Origin: Heterodontus francisci
Taxonomy: Eukaryota
DNA: 64,000 bases
Assembly (NCBI RefSeq): GCF_036365525.1
Contig: NC_090374.1
Span: 68,586,903 to 68,650,902, forward strand
Reading direction: 5' to 3'
This document shows, one piece after another, positions 25,629 through 38,538 of this stretch. Below the pieces are notes generated by a model, which searched no databases, was not told the DNA's origin, and was given only the letters and a program-made list of their open reading frames with translations. Made by a program: the position numbers and the translations under genes. The number at the start of each line of letters is the position of its first letter. The stretch's first letter is position 1.

Positions 25629-28600
25629 TTTTTTTTTATTCATTCATGGGATGTGGGCGTCGCTGGCTAGGCCAGCATTTATTGCCCATCCCTAATTGCC
25701 CTTGAGAAGGTGGTGGTGAGAAGCCTTCTTGAACCACTGCAGTCCTTGTGAGGTAGGTACACCCACAGTGCTGTTAGGAAGGGAGGTCCAGGATTTTGAC
25801 CCAGCGACAGTGAAGGAACAGCGATATAGTTCCAAGTCAGGATGGTGTGTTACTTGGAGGGGAACTTGCAGGTGGTGATGTTCCCATGCATCTGCTGCTC
25901 TTGTCCTTCTAGTTAGTAGAGGTTGCGAGTTTGGAAGGTGCTGTCCAAGGAGCCTTGGTGTTTTGCTGCACACACGGCTGCCACTGTGCGTCAGTGGTGG
26001 ACGGAGTGAATGTTAGTGAATGGTGTGCCAATCAAGCGGGCTGCTTTGTCCTGGATGGTGTTGAGCTTCTTGAATGTTCTTGGAGCTGCACCTATCCAGG
26101 CAAGTGGACAGTATTCCATCACACTCCTGACTTGTGCCTTGTCGATGGTGGACAGGCTTTGGGGAGTCAGGAGGTGAGTTACTCGCCGCAGGATTCCTAG
26201 CCTCTGACCTGCGCTTGTAGCCACGATTTTATATGGCTACTCCAGTTCAGTTTCTGGTCAATGGTAGCCCCTAGCATGATGTTAGTGGGGGATTCAGCGA
26301 TGGTAATGTCATTGAAAGTCATGGGGAGATGGTTAGATTCTCTCTTGTTGGAGATGGTCATTGCCTGGCACTTGTGTGGCGCGAATATTACCTGCCACTT
26401 ATCAGCGCAAGCCTGGATATTGTCCAGGTCTTGCTGCATTTCTACACTGACTGCTTCAGTATTTGAGGAGTCGCGAATGGTGCTGAACATTGTGCAATCA
26501 TCAGCGAACATCCCCATTTCTGACCTTATGATTGAAGGAAAGTCATTGATGAAGCAGCTGAAGATGGTTGGGCCTAGGACACTACCTTGAGAAACTCCTG
26601 CAGTGATGTCCTGGAGCTCAGATGATTAACCTCCATCAAGCACAGCCATCTTCCTTTGCACTAGGTATGACTCCAACCTGCAGAGTGTTTTCGCCATCTG
26701 ATTCCCATTGACTCCAATTTTGCTAGGGCTCCTTGATGCCATACTCTGTCAAATACTGCCTTGATGTCAAGGGTAGTCACTCTCACCTCACCTCTGGAAT
26801 TCAGCTCTTTTGTCCATGTTTGAACCAAGGCTGTAATGAGGTCACGAGCTGAGTGGCCCTGGCGGAACCCAAACTGAGCATCACTGAGCAGGTTATTGCG
26901 AAGCAAGTGCTGCTTGATGGCACTGTTGATGACACCTTCCATCACTTTACTGATGATTGAGAGTAGGGTGATGGGGCGGTAATTGGCCGGGTTGGATTTG
27001 TCCTGCTTTTTGAGTACAGGACATACCTGGGCAATTTTCCACATTGCTGGTTAGATGCCAGTGTCCTAGCTACACTGGAACAGCTTGGCTAGGGGTACGG
27101 CAAATTCTGGAGCACAGGTCTTCAGTACTATGGCCGGAATATTTTCAGGACCCATAGCCTTTGCAATATCCAGTGCCTTCAGTCGTTTCTTGATATCACG
27201 CGGAGTGAATTGAATTGGCTGAAGTCTGGCATCTGTGATGTTGGGGACTTCAGGAGGAGGCCGAGATGGATCATCAACTCGGCACTTCTGGCTGAAGATT
27301 GTTGCAAATGCTTCTGCCTTATCTTTCGCACTGGTGTGCTGGGCTCCCCCATCATTGAGGATGGGGATGTTTGTGGAGCCACCTCCTCCAGTTAGTTGTT
27401 TAATTGTCCACCACCATTCACGACTGGATGTGGCAGGACTGCAGAGCTTGGATCTGATCCATTGAGTATGGGATTGCATGCTGCTTATGCAGTTTGGCAT
27501 GCAAGTAGTCCTGGGTTGTAGCTTCACCAGGTTGGCATCTCATTTTGAGGTATGCCTGGTGCTGCTCCTGGCTTGCCCTCCTGCACTTTTCATTGAACCA
27601 GGGTTGATCCACAGGCTTGATGGGAATGTTTGAGTGGGGGATATGCCAGGCCATGAGGTTACAGATTGTGGTTGAATACAATTCTGCTGCTGCTGCTACT
27701 GATGGCCCACAGAGCCTCATGGATGCCCAGTTTTGCATTGCTAGATCTGTTCGAAATCTATCCCATTTAGCACGGTGATAGTGCCACACAACACGATGGA
27801 CGGTATCCTCAATGTGAAGGCAGGACTTCATCTCCACAAGGTCTGTGCGGTGGTCACTCCTACCAATACAGTCATGGGCAGAAGCATCTGCGGCAGGCAG
27901 ATTGGTGAGGACAAGGTCAGGTATGTTTTTCCATCGTGTTGGTTCCCCCACCACCTGCTGCAGACCCAGTCTAGCAGCTATGTCCTTTAGTACTTGGCCA
28001 GCTCGGTCAGTAGTGGTGCTACCGAGCCACTGTTGGTGAAGGACATTGAAGTCCCCCACCCAGAGTACATTTTGTGCCCTTGCCACCCTCAGTGCTTCCT
28101 CCAAGTGGTGTTCAACATGGAGGAGTACTGACTCAGCAGCTGAAGGAGAGCGGTAGGTGGTAATCAGTAGGAGGTTACCTTGCCCATGTTTGACCTGATG
28201 CCATGAGACTTCATTGGGTCTGGAGTCAATGTTGAGGACTCCCAGGGCAACTCCCTCCCTACTGTAGACCACTGTGCCACCAGCTCTGATGGGTCTGTCC
28301 TGCCGGTGGGACAGGACATACCCAGGGATAGTGATTGCAGTGTCTGGGACATTGTAAGGTATGATTCCGTGAGTATGACTATGTCAGGCTGTTGCTTGAC
28401 TGGTCTGTGGGACAGCTCTCCCAACTTTGGCACAAGCCCCCAGAAAGGAGAACTTTGCAGGGTCGACAGGCTGGGTTTGCCGTTGTCGTTTCAGGTGCCT
28501 AGGTCGATGCTGGGTGGTCCATCCGGTTTCATTCCTTTTTTATTGACTTTGTAGTGGTTAGGTACAACTGAGTGGCTTGCTAGGCCATTTCAGAGGGCAT

Positions 28601-28887
28601 GTAAGAGTTAACCACATTGCTGTGGGTCCGGAGTCACATGTAGGCCAGACCAGGTAAGGACAGCAGATTTCCTTCCCTAAAGGACATGAGTGAACCAGAT
28701 GGGTTTTTACGACAATCGACAATGGTTTCATGGCCATCATTAGACTAGCTTTTAATTCCAGATTTTTATTAATTAAATTCAAATTCCACCTTCTGCTGTG
28801 GTGGGATTCGAACTCATGTCCCCAGAGAAATACCCTGGGTCTCTGGGTTACTAGTCCAGTGATAATACCACTATGCCACCGCCTCCA
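25629..28887 (-). mobile_element. Near full-length RTE-X/CR1-group LINE with a tRNA-like 5' head
   Basis: EN (WVGDFN, DLVLTN, SDH) and RT (NYRPITLLS, QFGFR, FDRVWH, FADD) in broken ORFs; GAATGAATAAAA tail; A and B boxes at the 5' end. Confidence 0.85.
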
Positions 28888-30896
28888 CCAGGGTTGGTTT
28901 ACTGAGCCTCAGCCAGGAAAGATCCATTTAATCCATTACCTGGGTCTTCTAACTGTCCAAAGAAAGTTTCAGACAGACAGATCACATGGCCATCTGTCTG
29001 CAGTGCCAATTCAGTCTCCTCCTGAGTTTGGTCATGGCCCGATTCACTACACTTTCAGGGGAACTGCAGGGGATCGTCTCCTGCCACTGCCCTGTCTCTC
29101 TGACCTCCTGTGGTCTCTCTGTCACTACTGGGGAAGCTACCACCTTCGCCCCCACCAGATCATTACCTAGGATCAGGTCAACCCCGTCCACAGGCAAACT
29201 AGGGACAATCCCTACGGTCACCAGTCCCGAAACTAGGTCACACTCCAAGTGCATCTGGTGTAAAGGTTCAGGCATACACTGCCCTCTAATACCATCACCA
29301 CCATTCTGGTATTTACTGCACTCTCTGGGGGAAAGATCAGGCCTTCTCCCAGCAAAAAGGATTTGGTGGCCCCTGTATCCCTGAGTATTACTATGGGCTT
29401 GCTTGCCCCATTTGAGGGGTATGGGTTTACTCTCCCTTTAGATACAAAATCCTGATAACCTTCAGGGATCCTATTAAATTTTCCTGCACCTGCAGCAGTA
29501 TATTTTCTGGGTCTTACTGCTGCAGCCAAAGCCACAGCCTGCTGGCTGCGCTTTCCATCAGGGTCCCTTCTCCTGCACTGAGCGGGTGTGCCCTGATTAA
29601 CCTTAGAGGCTTTTCCCGTAGTTGCCAACAGGCAGCACTTAGATGACCTGCCGTATTACAATGGAAGCACACTGGTCTCCGGGTCTCACTCCTACTTACA
29701 GCACTCTCCTTTCTGGCTGGAGGAGGGCCCCCTGTGTGTCCAAATTTTCTTTCTCTCCCAGTACTGCATGGGCTTCTATCACCTTCCCATGCTTTCTCCT
29801 TATCAAGTTTGTGGAGGTAAGTCGGAAAGGTTTTCCCCTGAGTAACCGACTCGTGTATTAGAGGAAACTCCTCAGCCAGAACTGCGGCTTACCTCACTCT
29901 ATGTACTTTTTGTTCCTCCACATGGATCTTTAAAGAGAGGCGGAAGAGAGTTTTTAAATTCCTCGAGGAGAATGACCTCTCTGAGGATTTCACAGCTGGG
30001 TTGCACTTTAAGAGCCCTCAACCACTGGTCAAAAGCCAGCTGCTTACTTCTCTCAACCTCCAAGTAAGTTTGATCAGCTGGTGTCCAGAGGGTTCGGAAC
30101 GTCTGGCGGGAGGCTTCCAGTAGTAGCTCATATGCCCCGAGGATAGCATTTTTGTCAGTTCATAATTTGATGAACTCCCATTTGGCAACAGTGAATAAAC
30201 CTTTTCCAGTTAGCTGGCTTTTGTAGAAGGAAAGTCCAGCTCTCAACTGGCCATGCAAATTTCTCAAAAGATTCAAAAAATGCTTCCGTTTCTCCCTCAT
30301 TGAATTTTGGAATCAATTTGGAAAATTTCAAGACCTCCACACCCAGCCACGAATTACTTGTATTCTCAATATTGGCCAAGCTTTCACTGGGGTTACTCTG
30401 TCGCTACTAGCTAAACTCAAGCTACATCAGCTCACCTTCCTCCTGTTCCTTCTGGAAGGATATTTTTTCGCTCTCTTTGCCCTCTCCTTCCCTTCTCCTC
30501 TCCTCTCCCTGTCTTCTAATTCCAGTTTCCTCTGTTTGAATTGTATCTTTGCTAACATTACCCTGGCAGAGTCTATTTTTAACCCTGCCTCTGATTCTTC
30601 AGATTTGAGGGCAAAATGGTTGGCCACTAGTCTTGGGAGTTCTGATTTTCCTAGCTTTGGTGCGGAATTGATCCTTCACTGCTCAGCCATGTTTCTCAAC
30701 TCTTCCATAGACAATGCCTTTAACTTATCCCAAGTTACTTCACCCTGGCTTGGGGAGATGTTGGCTTTGGTCGCGGACATGTTAGTATTTTAGCACACAA
30801 ACTACAAGAAAACCTGTATTGACATTTTTTTCTCTTTTTTTGGGGGGGGGATCAATTTGATTTCCCACTTCCAATTTCTCGTTTGTCTATGGGTCC

Positions 30897-30917
30897 AATC
30901 TCGGACGCTAGCCTCCA
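30897..30917 (-). promoter_or_regulatory. Primer binding site, tRNA-Pro-like
   Basis: Minus strand TGGAGGCTAGCGTCCGAGATT, just inside the LTR end, resembles the complement of the tRNA-Pro 3' end (TGGGGGCTCGTCCGGGATT). Confidence 0.7.
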
Positions 30918-33660
30918 AATTTCTGTTACAGCCGGGTGAGGAAGGGGTCTCGGGCGCCCCTCTTTGCCCCTTTCCTGGTTCGACCGTAACAGGGTTTATC
31001 TTTTAAAATACTGTGATTTTAGCTTACCTCCTCAGTGAGCCCTTTGCTCACTGCACTCTAATTGTAATTGCAAATGAAGCAATCAGACAGGTTTTCTTAG
31101 GTTTCAACAAGAAAGATGCAAGTTTCATCGCCTTCTCACTCTAACTGAGTTCACTCTCCGAGTATTGACGTCGGAGTATCACTCTCCGAGTGAACTAACA
31201 GCGAGAGCGGAGCAGAGCATGAGGAGACCGGGAGAGAGAGCGAGCGTTCACTCGGAGAGTGGGAAACAGCGAGAGCGGAGAGGAGTCCAGGCACGCTGGA
31301 GTTGGAAAACAAAATAAACAGTGACATCACAGGAAAGCTGCAAGGTAATTGGTTGGTGAGTAACTGCTGTTAGGGAGTATCAGTAAATAGCTGATCAGTG
31401 CACCACTGTTAGGGTGGGTGTGTAAATAGCTGGGTTATAGCATTTCAACAACTGGCAGACTACAAAAGAGTATAAATTAAGTGTTCATAATAAGGAATAA
31501 GTGAGTAGCTGGTGAGTTTTTTGAAAAAGGTTTATTTTGACTAGTGAACTGTATTGATTTTTAGTAGGATTTATCAGTACTAGTTAGGTTTTATTAATCT
31601 TAAACTGTTGTAGTATTGGTAAGTATTTTTTAGCAGTAGCAAAGGGTCAATTAATAATCAAAGGAATGGCAGGGTTGCTTCAATCTTGAGAGCGCACTTC
31701 CTGTGCTATGTGGGAGCTCCAGGATGCTTCCCGTATCCTGGAGAACCATTTGTGCAGGAAGTGTTGTGAATTGCAGCAGCTTGAGCTCCGGGTTTCGGAA
31801 CTTGAGCGGCAGTTGGCGACACTACGGTGCATTTATGAGAATGAGAGCTAGGTGGATAGCATGTTTATAGATGTGTCACCCTACAGCTTAAGAGTATGCA
31901 GGGAGAGAGGGAATGGGTGACCACCAGGCAGTCAAAAAGAATCAGGCAGGTAATGCAGGATACGCCTAAGTGCAACTCACTCTCCAACAGGTATTCAGTT
32001 CTGAATACTGAGGACCGTGATGCTTCACCTGGGGAGTGCAGCCAGAGCCAAGTCCATGGCACCACGGGTGGCTCAGCAGCACAGGGGTACAGGAAAGACT
32101 GGAAGAGCCAGAGTGATAGGTGATTCAATAGTCAGGGGAACAGACTGGTTTCTGTGGCCGCAGACGTGAATCCAGAATGGTGTATTGCCTCCCTGGTGCC
32201 AGGGTCAAGGATGTCACTGAGCGGCTGCAGAGCATCCTGAAGGGGGAGGGTGAACAGCCAGCAGTCGTGGTCCACCGGAACCAACAACGTAGGTAGAAAG
32301 AGGGATGTGGTCCTGCAGTCAGAATTTAGAGAGCTAGATAAGAAATTAGCAAGCAGGTCTTCAAAAGTAGTAATCTCCAGATTACTCCCAGTGCCACATG
32401 CAAGTGAGTATAGAAATAGAAGGATAAGACAGATGAATGTGTGGCTGGAAAGATGGTACAGGAGGGAGAGCTTTAGATTCCTGGGTCATTGGGACCGGCT
32501 CTGGAGGAGATGGGACCTGTACAGGCCAGATGGGTTGCATCTGAACAGAGCTGGGATTGAGTTCCTTGTGGGACATTTTGCTAGTGCTGTTGGAGAAGGT
32601 TTAAACTAGTTTGGCAGGGGGATGGGGACCTGAGGGTAGACTGGGTTGGGACAAAATCAGAAATGAAAATGGAAGGCAGAAAATTAACGGATGAGTCTGG
32701 AAGACAGAGGTTATAAAATAAAAGTTTGGCAGTGCTCAAGGGCATCTATTTCAATGCAAGGAGTATAGCAAATAAAGCAGATGAGTTGAGGACACCGATA
32801 GACACGTGGCAGTATGATATAGCTATTACAGAAACGTGGCTTACGGAGGGACAGGAATGACAGTGCAGCGTTCCTGATTATAGGATTTTCCAACGCGATA
32901 GGGAGAGGGATAAGAAAGGAGGGGGAATGGCAATTTTGGTCAAGGAAACAATTATAGCTGTGAGGAGGGATGACATGTTGGAAGGCTCATCAAATGAGGC
33001 CATATGAATTGAGCTAAGGAAGGAAAAAAGGGCAATCACATTGCTGGGAGTGTACTATAGACACCCAAACAGTCAGAGGGAGATAGAAGAGCAGATATGT
33101 AGGCAAATATCTGAGAAGTGCAAGAACGATAGGGAAATAATAGGGGATTTTAACTACCCCAATATTAACTGGGATAGTTTTAGTGTGAAAGGAATTGAGG
33201 GAGCAGAATTCTTGAAGTGCATTCAGGAGAGTTTTTTTCCCAGTATGTAGCAAACCCAACAAGAGAGGGCACAGTTTTAGACTTGGTTTTAGGAAATGAA
33301 GATAGATAGTTGGAAGGAGTGCCAATGGGAGAGCATTTTGGTGGTGGTATTCATAATTCAGTCAGTTTTAACATAATTATGGAAAAGGACAGAGAAGAAC
33401 AGGAGTTAGAGTTCTGAATTGGGGCAAGGCCAATTTTACTAAAATGAGGAGTGATTGAGCGAAACTGGACTGGAACAGCTACTTGAAGGTAAATCAGTGT
33501 CAGAACAATGGGAGGCATTCAAAGGGGAGATTCAAGGAATTCAGACTAAAAATGTTCCCACAAAGAAAAAGGGTGAGACGGCCAAATCTAGAGCTTACAG
33601 GGTAACATAAGCTTTTCTTTTCTGCCTTACGTCTGACACCAAGAACTCAATATTACGGGT

Positions 33661-35116
33661 GGGCGGCACAGTGGTTAGCACCGCACCCTCACAGCTCCAG
33701 CGACCTGGGTTCGATTCTGGGTACTGCCTGTGCAGAGTTTGCAAGTTCTCCCTGTGACCGCATGGGTTTTTGCCAGGTGCTCCGGTTTCCTCCCACAGCC
33801 AAAGACTTGCAGGTTGGTAGGTAAATTGGCCATTATAAATTGCCCCTAGTATAGGTAGGGGAATGGAAGGAAGGTGGGGATGTGGTAGGAATATGGGATT
33901 AATGTTCTTCTTTGGCCTCCTTATCTCGAAAGACAATGGGTAAGCGCCTGGAGGTGGTCAGTGGTGTGAGGAGCAGCACCTGGAGTGGCTATAAAGGCCA
34001 ATTCTAGAGTGACAGGCTCTTCCACAGGTGCTGCAGAAAAATTTGTTTGTCGGGGCTGTTACACAGTTGGCTCTCCCCTTGCGCTTTTGTCTTTTTTTCT
34101 GGCAACTGCTAAGTCTCTTCGACTCGCCACACTTTAGCCCCGCCTTTATGGCTGCCCGCCAGCTCTGGCGAACGCTGGCAACTGACTCCCACGACTTGTG
34201 ATCAGTGTCACAGGACTTCATGTCGCGTTTGCAGACGTCTTTAAAGTGGAGACATGGACGGCCGGTGGGTCTGATACCAGTGGCGACCTCGCTGTACAAT
34301 GTGTCTTTGGGGATCCTGTCATCTTCCATGCGGCTCACATGGCCAAGCCATCTCAAGCGCCGCTGACTCAGTAGTGTATATAAGCTGGGGATGTTGGCCG
34401 CCTCGAGGACTTCTGTGTTGGAGATACGGTCCTGCCACCTGATGCCAAGTATTCTCCGGAGGCAGCGAAGATGGAATGAATTGAGATGTCGCTCTTGGCT
34501 GACATACGTTGTCCAGGCCTCGCTGCCATAGAGCAAGGTACTGAGGACACAGGCTTGATACAATCAGACTTTTGTGTTCCGTGTTAGTGCGCCATTTTCC
34601 CACACACTCTTGGCCAGTCTGGACATAGCAGTGGAAGCCTTTCCCATGCGCTTGTTGATTTCTGCATCTAGAGACAGGCTACTGGTGATAGTTGAGCCTA
34701 GGTAGGTGAACTCTTGAACCACTTCCAGAGCGTGGTCGCCAATATTGATGGATGGAGCATTTCTGACATCCTGCCCCATGATGTTCGTTTTCTTGAGGCT
34801 GATGGTTAGGCCAAATTCATTGCAGGCACCCGCAAACCTGTCGATGAGACTCTGCAGGCACTCTTCAGTGTGAGATGTTAAAGCAGCATCGTCAGCAAAG
34901 AGGAGTTCCCTGATGAGGACTTTCCGTACTTTGGACTTCGCTGTTAGACGGGCAAGGTTGAACAACCTGCCCCCTGATCTTGTGTGGAGGAAAATTCCTT
35001 CTTCAGAAGACTTAATGTAGGATTAGTATAAATGGGTGGTTGATGGTCAGCACAGACTTGGTGGGCCGAAGGGCCTGTTTCAGTGCTGTATCTCTAAATA
35101 CAAAAAATAAAAAATA
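33661..35116 (+). mobile_element. HE1-like V-SINE split by an RTE insertion
   Basis: 5' part 33661-33905 and 3' part 35012-35116 rejoin into a complete SINE. Confidence 0.88.
33906..35011 (-). mobile_element. RTE (BovB-like) LINE, 5'-truncated
   Basis: LLFADD, FTYLGS, LLYGSEAW, RRLRWLGHV.RM and C-terminal CSTCGRACHSRIGLYSH; (GAA)n tail; 7-bp TSD TTAATGT. Confidence 0.92.
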
Positions 35117-37009
35117 AAAAAAAAATAAGAAAGCCGAGAGGAGTATAGAAAGTGGAGGGGTGAGATCAAAAAGGAAATTAGGAAAGCAAAGAGAGGGCAT
35201 GAAAAAATATTGGCAAGCAAAATCAAGGTGAACCCAAAGATGTTTTATCAATACATTAAGGGTAAGAGGATAACTAAGGAGAGAGTAGGACCCAGGGGAG
35301 GAAGATGTTGGAATGGTTCTTGATGAATACTTAGAAAGGTACAGGTTAATCAAGGATAGTCAGCATGGATTTGTTAAGGGAAGATCTTGTTTAACCAACT
35401 TGATCAAATTTTTTGAAGAAGTAACATGGAAGATAGATGAGGGTAGTGCAGTTGATGTAGTCTACATGGATTTTAGCAAAGCTTTTGACAAGGTCCCACA
35501 TGGCAGACTGGTTTTAAAAAAAAAAAAAAAATCCCATGGGATCCAGGGAAATGCAGCAAGGTGGATACAAAATTGGCTCAGTGGCAGGAAACAAAGGGTA
35601 ATTGTTGACAAGTGTTTTCGTGACTGGAGAGCTGTTTCCAGTGGCGTTCCGCAGGACTCCGTACTGGATCCCCTGCTTTTGTGGTATATATTCACGATTT
35701 GGATGTAAATGTAGGGGGCATGATCAAAAAGTTTGCAGATGACACAAAGATTGGCCATATGGTAGATAGCAAGGAGGATAGCTGTAGGCTACAGGAAGAT
35801 ATTGATGGTCTGGTCAGATGGGCAGAAAAGTGGCAAATGGAATTCAACCTAGAGAAGTGTGAGCTGATGCATTTGGGGAGGTCAAACAAGGCAAAGGAAT
35901 AGACGATTAATGGGAAAATACTGAGAAGTGTAGAGGAAGTGAGGGACCTTGGAGTGAATGTCCACAGATCCCTGAAGGTAGCAGGACAGGTCAATAAGGT
36001 GGTTAAGAAGACCTATGGAATCCTTTCCTTTATTAGCTGAGGTATAGAATATAAGAGCAGGGAGGTTATGCTGGAACTGTATAACTCATTGGTTAGGCCA
36101 CAACTTGAGTACTGTGTGCAGTTCTGGTCACCTCAACTCCCTTCTACCAAATACTGTAAATCTATGCCTATTGTTTGTTGATCTCTCTGGGTCCATCCTA
36201 TCCATTCCATCTAGATCCCACGTAATCCCAATTAAATCTCCCCTCAGCCTTCTCTGTTCCAAAGAAACAACCCCAGCCTATCCAATCTTTCCTCAGAGAT
36301 AAAATTCTCCACTCCTGGCAACATTCTCGTTAATCTCCTCTGTACCCTACCTGATTGCCTGCTGCTGTCTCACCATTGGTGACGGTGAAAAATGGAGGAT
36401 GCCACAAAGTAGGATGTTATTCTTTGCAATGGTTTTTTTTAAATTACATTTTTATATACATGTATTCAATTTGATTTGTAAACAGAACAATACAAAACCT
36501 GACTTACAAAGTGCCCTGTAGTAGGATGCTTTGAGACTTACTATTTACTGTTCACAGCTGTACCTAGTGGTGGTACGGACTTGGGACCCACTCTTTCTTG
36601 TAGTAAGAGGCAGCGAGTGGGGGGAATCGGAGGGAATGCTTGTTACTGGGTGACTCACATCTAGTGAACTCATTAATAATAGGATGCATAAGCCCAAGGT
36701 CGATCTTTGTTACAGTTGGTTTGTGGATGGGGTGGGGAGACTAAACTAAAAAGAAAGGAGAAAAAATATTCTGGAAAAATAAAATCATTTGCAGCCTCAA
36801 TACAAAACGGTCTACTTTAAGATTTGGGAGTAGCTTGTTTAGTAACCAAAGTGTTTAAACTGGATTTGGAATTCTGTGCTGGAAGGAATGGAATGCAATT
36901 TGGTATACTGGAAATGTATGTTTGGATCAGGTATGTGCCTATCTGGTTCCAGCTATATTGTTGCCTAATGTACTTGTACTTTATGATAACCTACATTACC
37001 AATCTGTAG

Positions 37010-37139
37010 CCCACAGAATTTAAGCCTGTCCCCTTGAATACAGGGGAAGATGTAAGCTACATCCTGGCCTTGAAGCAGGAGTTAAGAGGAGCCTGCAAGA
37101 AACTGCCTTACTACATTGATGGTGTCATTGCAAAGAAAG
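37010..37139 (+). CDS. POLR3G: RPC7 coding exon 2
   Basis: TGTAG acceptor; phase 0; translates PTEFKPVPLNTGEDVSYILALKQELRGACKKLPYYIDGVIAKK+G with the conserved KPVPL and LALKQELR motifs; 130 nt; GTAAGG donor. Confidence 0.92.
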
Positions 37140-37589
37140 GTAAGGAATAGTGTGTTACATATACATATAGACAAAGTTTCCATAGGTACAGTTGCAGACG
37201 GAACTTGGAATATTGGCAGGAAATTACATAGAATTTACAGCACAGAAACAGGCCGTTCAGTCCAACTGGTCTGTGCCACTGTTTATAGGCTGCACAGGAA
37301 TTTCTAGTTTATTGTTTTTTTTTATTTGTCAGAGTTTTGGAATTTCTCTCTTTCTAATGTGGAGTGGAGCAACTGCTTCGAGAGACTTTTTTGGGGGACT
37401 TGAATTCCCCACCTTTAAAATATCCAAGCCCACTTGATCCACAGTATGGGTATCCCTAAAGGAATCTCTGCAGCTGTTTATGAGAAGGAGGAATAAGAGG
37501 AAGTGGACTCAAGTAAGGGGCCACAAATAAGTCAACAAAAGGCACCAAGATGTGGACTTTCACCACCATTTGAGCAGCAACATATAGAA

Positions 37590-37910
37590 AACTAGGTTGT
37601 GTTCAAATCCCACCATAGCAGTTTGAGAATTTACATTTAGTTTAAACAAATTTGGATATCAATAAAAAGTGAACGTGAAGCTACTGGATTGTAAAAACCC
37701 AAATGGTTCACTGTGTCTTTTAGGGAAGAAAACCTGACATCCTTGCCTGATCGAGCCTATATGTTACACCAGTCCCACACTAACCTGGTTGATTCTTAAC
37801 TGCCCTATGAAGTGGCCTAGCAAGTGACTCCATTTCGGGCAACAATGGGATGGGCAGTAAATGATCTTGCCAGTGATGCTCACATCCAGAGAATGAATAA
37901 AAAGAAAAAA
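37590..37910 (+). mobile_element. Bipartite SINE-like element related to both ends of the 25629-28887 LINE
   Basis: B box GTTCAAATCCC, then a body matching the LINE 5' region, joined directly to the LINE 3' tail (GGGATGGGCA.TAAATG...CACATCC..GAATGAATAAAA). Confidence 0.75.
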
Positions 37911-38538
37911 AATCTGGATTGGCCTAACACTGAAAGGGGCGTGTAAAGATAAGAATGCAAGTATTTCAAGTATAAAAAGGAAAGGTTACATGTGTTACAG
38001 GCACAGTATTGTGCACAAGTGCAAATGGAAAGGAGAGGACTTGTATCTTGGCAAATGTCTTGAGGGTCTTTGTTCCTTATTTTAACATCGTGCACTCTGT
38101 TCAGACCTTGTAGCATGTTGTTGAGAAAATGGACATTGTATCCAAAGATGGCACAACGCTTTGCCTGCATCTTTGTCAAGATGCTTTGTAAAGGCAGCAT
38201 TCCTGCCTGCACCATGCCAATTATCAGATTTTGTCGTCATTTTCTAACACTTGCACTAAAGCTGCTCTCCAAATCATCTCTCCAAATCCCCAACAGGAAA
38301 AGACAGTGTACCCGTTGAGGTCCAGATCACCTGTACTTTTAAGGCACATCTACCAAAACTGCACTTCCTTCTCCCCCTTGCCTCTGAGTAAAGTGCATGG
38401 GCAGTGCAGTATCCATGTGTTAATAATGGCAGTGCAAATTCTGGAGAGGTTCCTTCTGTAACCTGGTTATGCAAAAGTGCATTGTGTAAAGCACCCATGC
38501 ACTGGCATTACACCAGGGACACAATTTGAGGGAGAAGT

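Larger units (their letters stand above)
22679..31148 (-). mobile_element. Gmr1-like Gypsy element, internally deleted, with nested insertions
   Basis: Similar LTR ends at 22679 and 30924; tRNA-Pro-like PBS at 30897-30917; gag LIPKF.E.E.EAFF..FEK and SCAN-like LREVILLEEFKNSLP; protease ILRDTGA; integrase zinc finger CTSCHMCQ..GKP. Confidence 0.8.
31150..36135 (+). mobile_element. Degraded near full-length CR1 LINE (5' UTR, ORF1 with esterase domain, ORF2)
   Basis: ORF1 from about 31666 with Cys motif, coiled coil, GDS-IVRG and DGLHLN (SGNH-like); ORF2 EN and RT motifs (GDFNYP, QHGF, FADD); interrupted by a SINE and an RTE. Confidence 0.85.
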
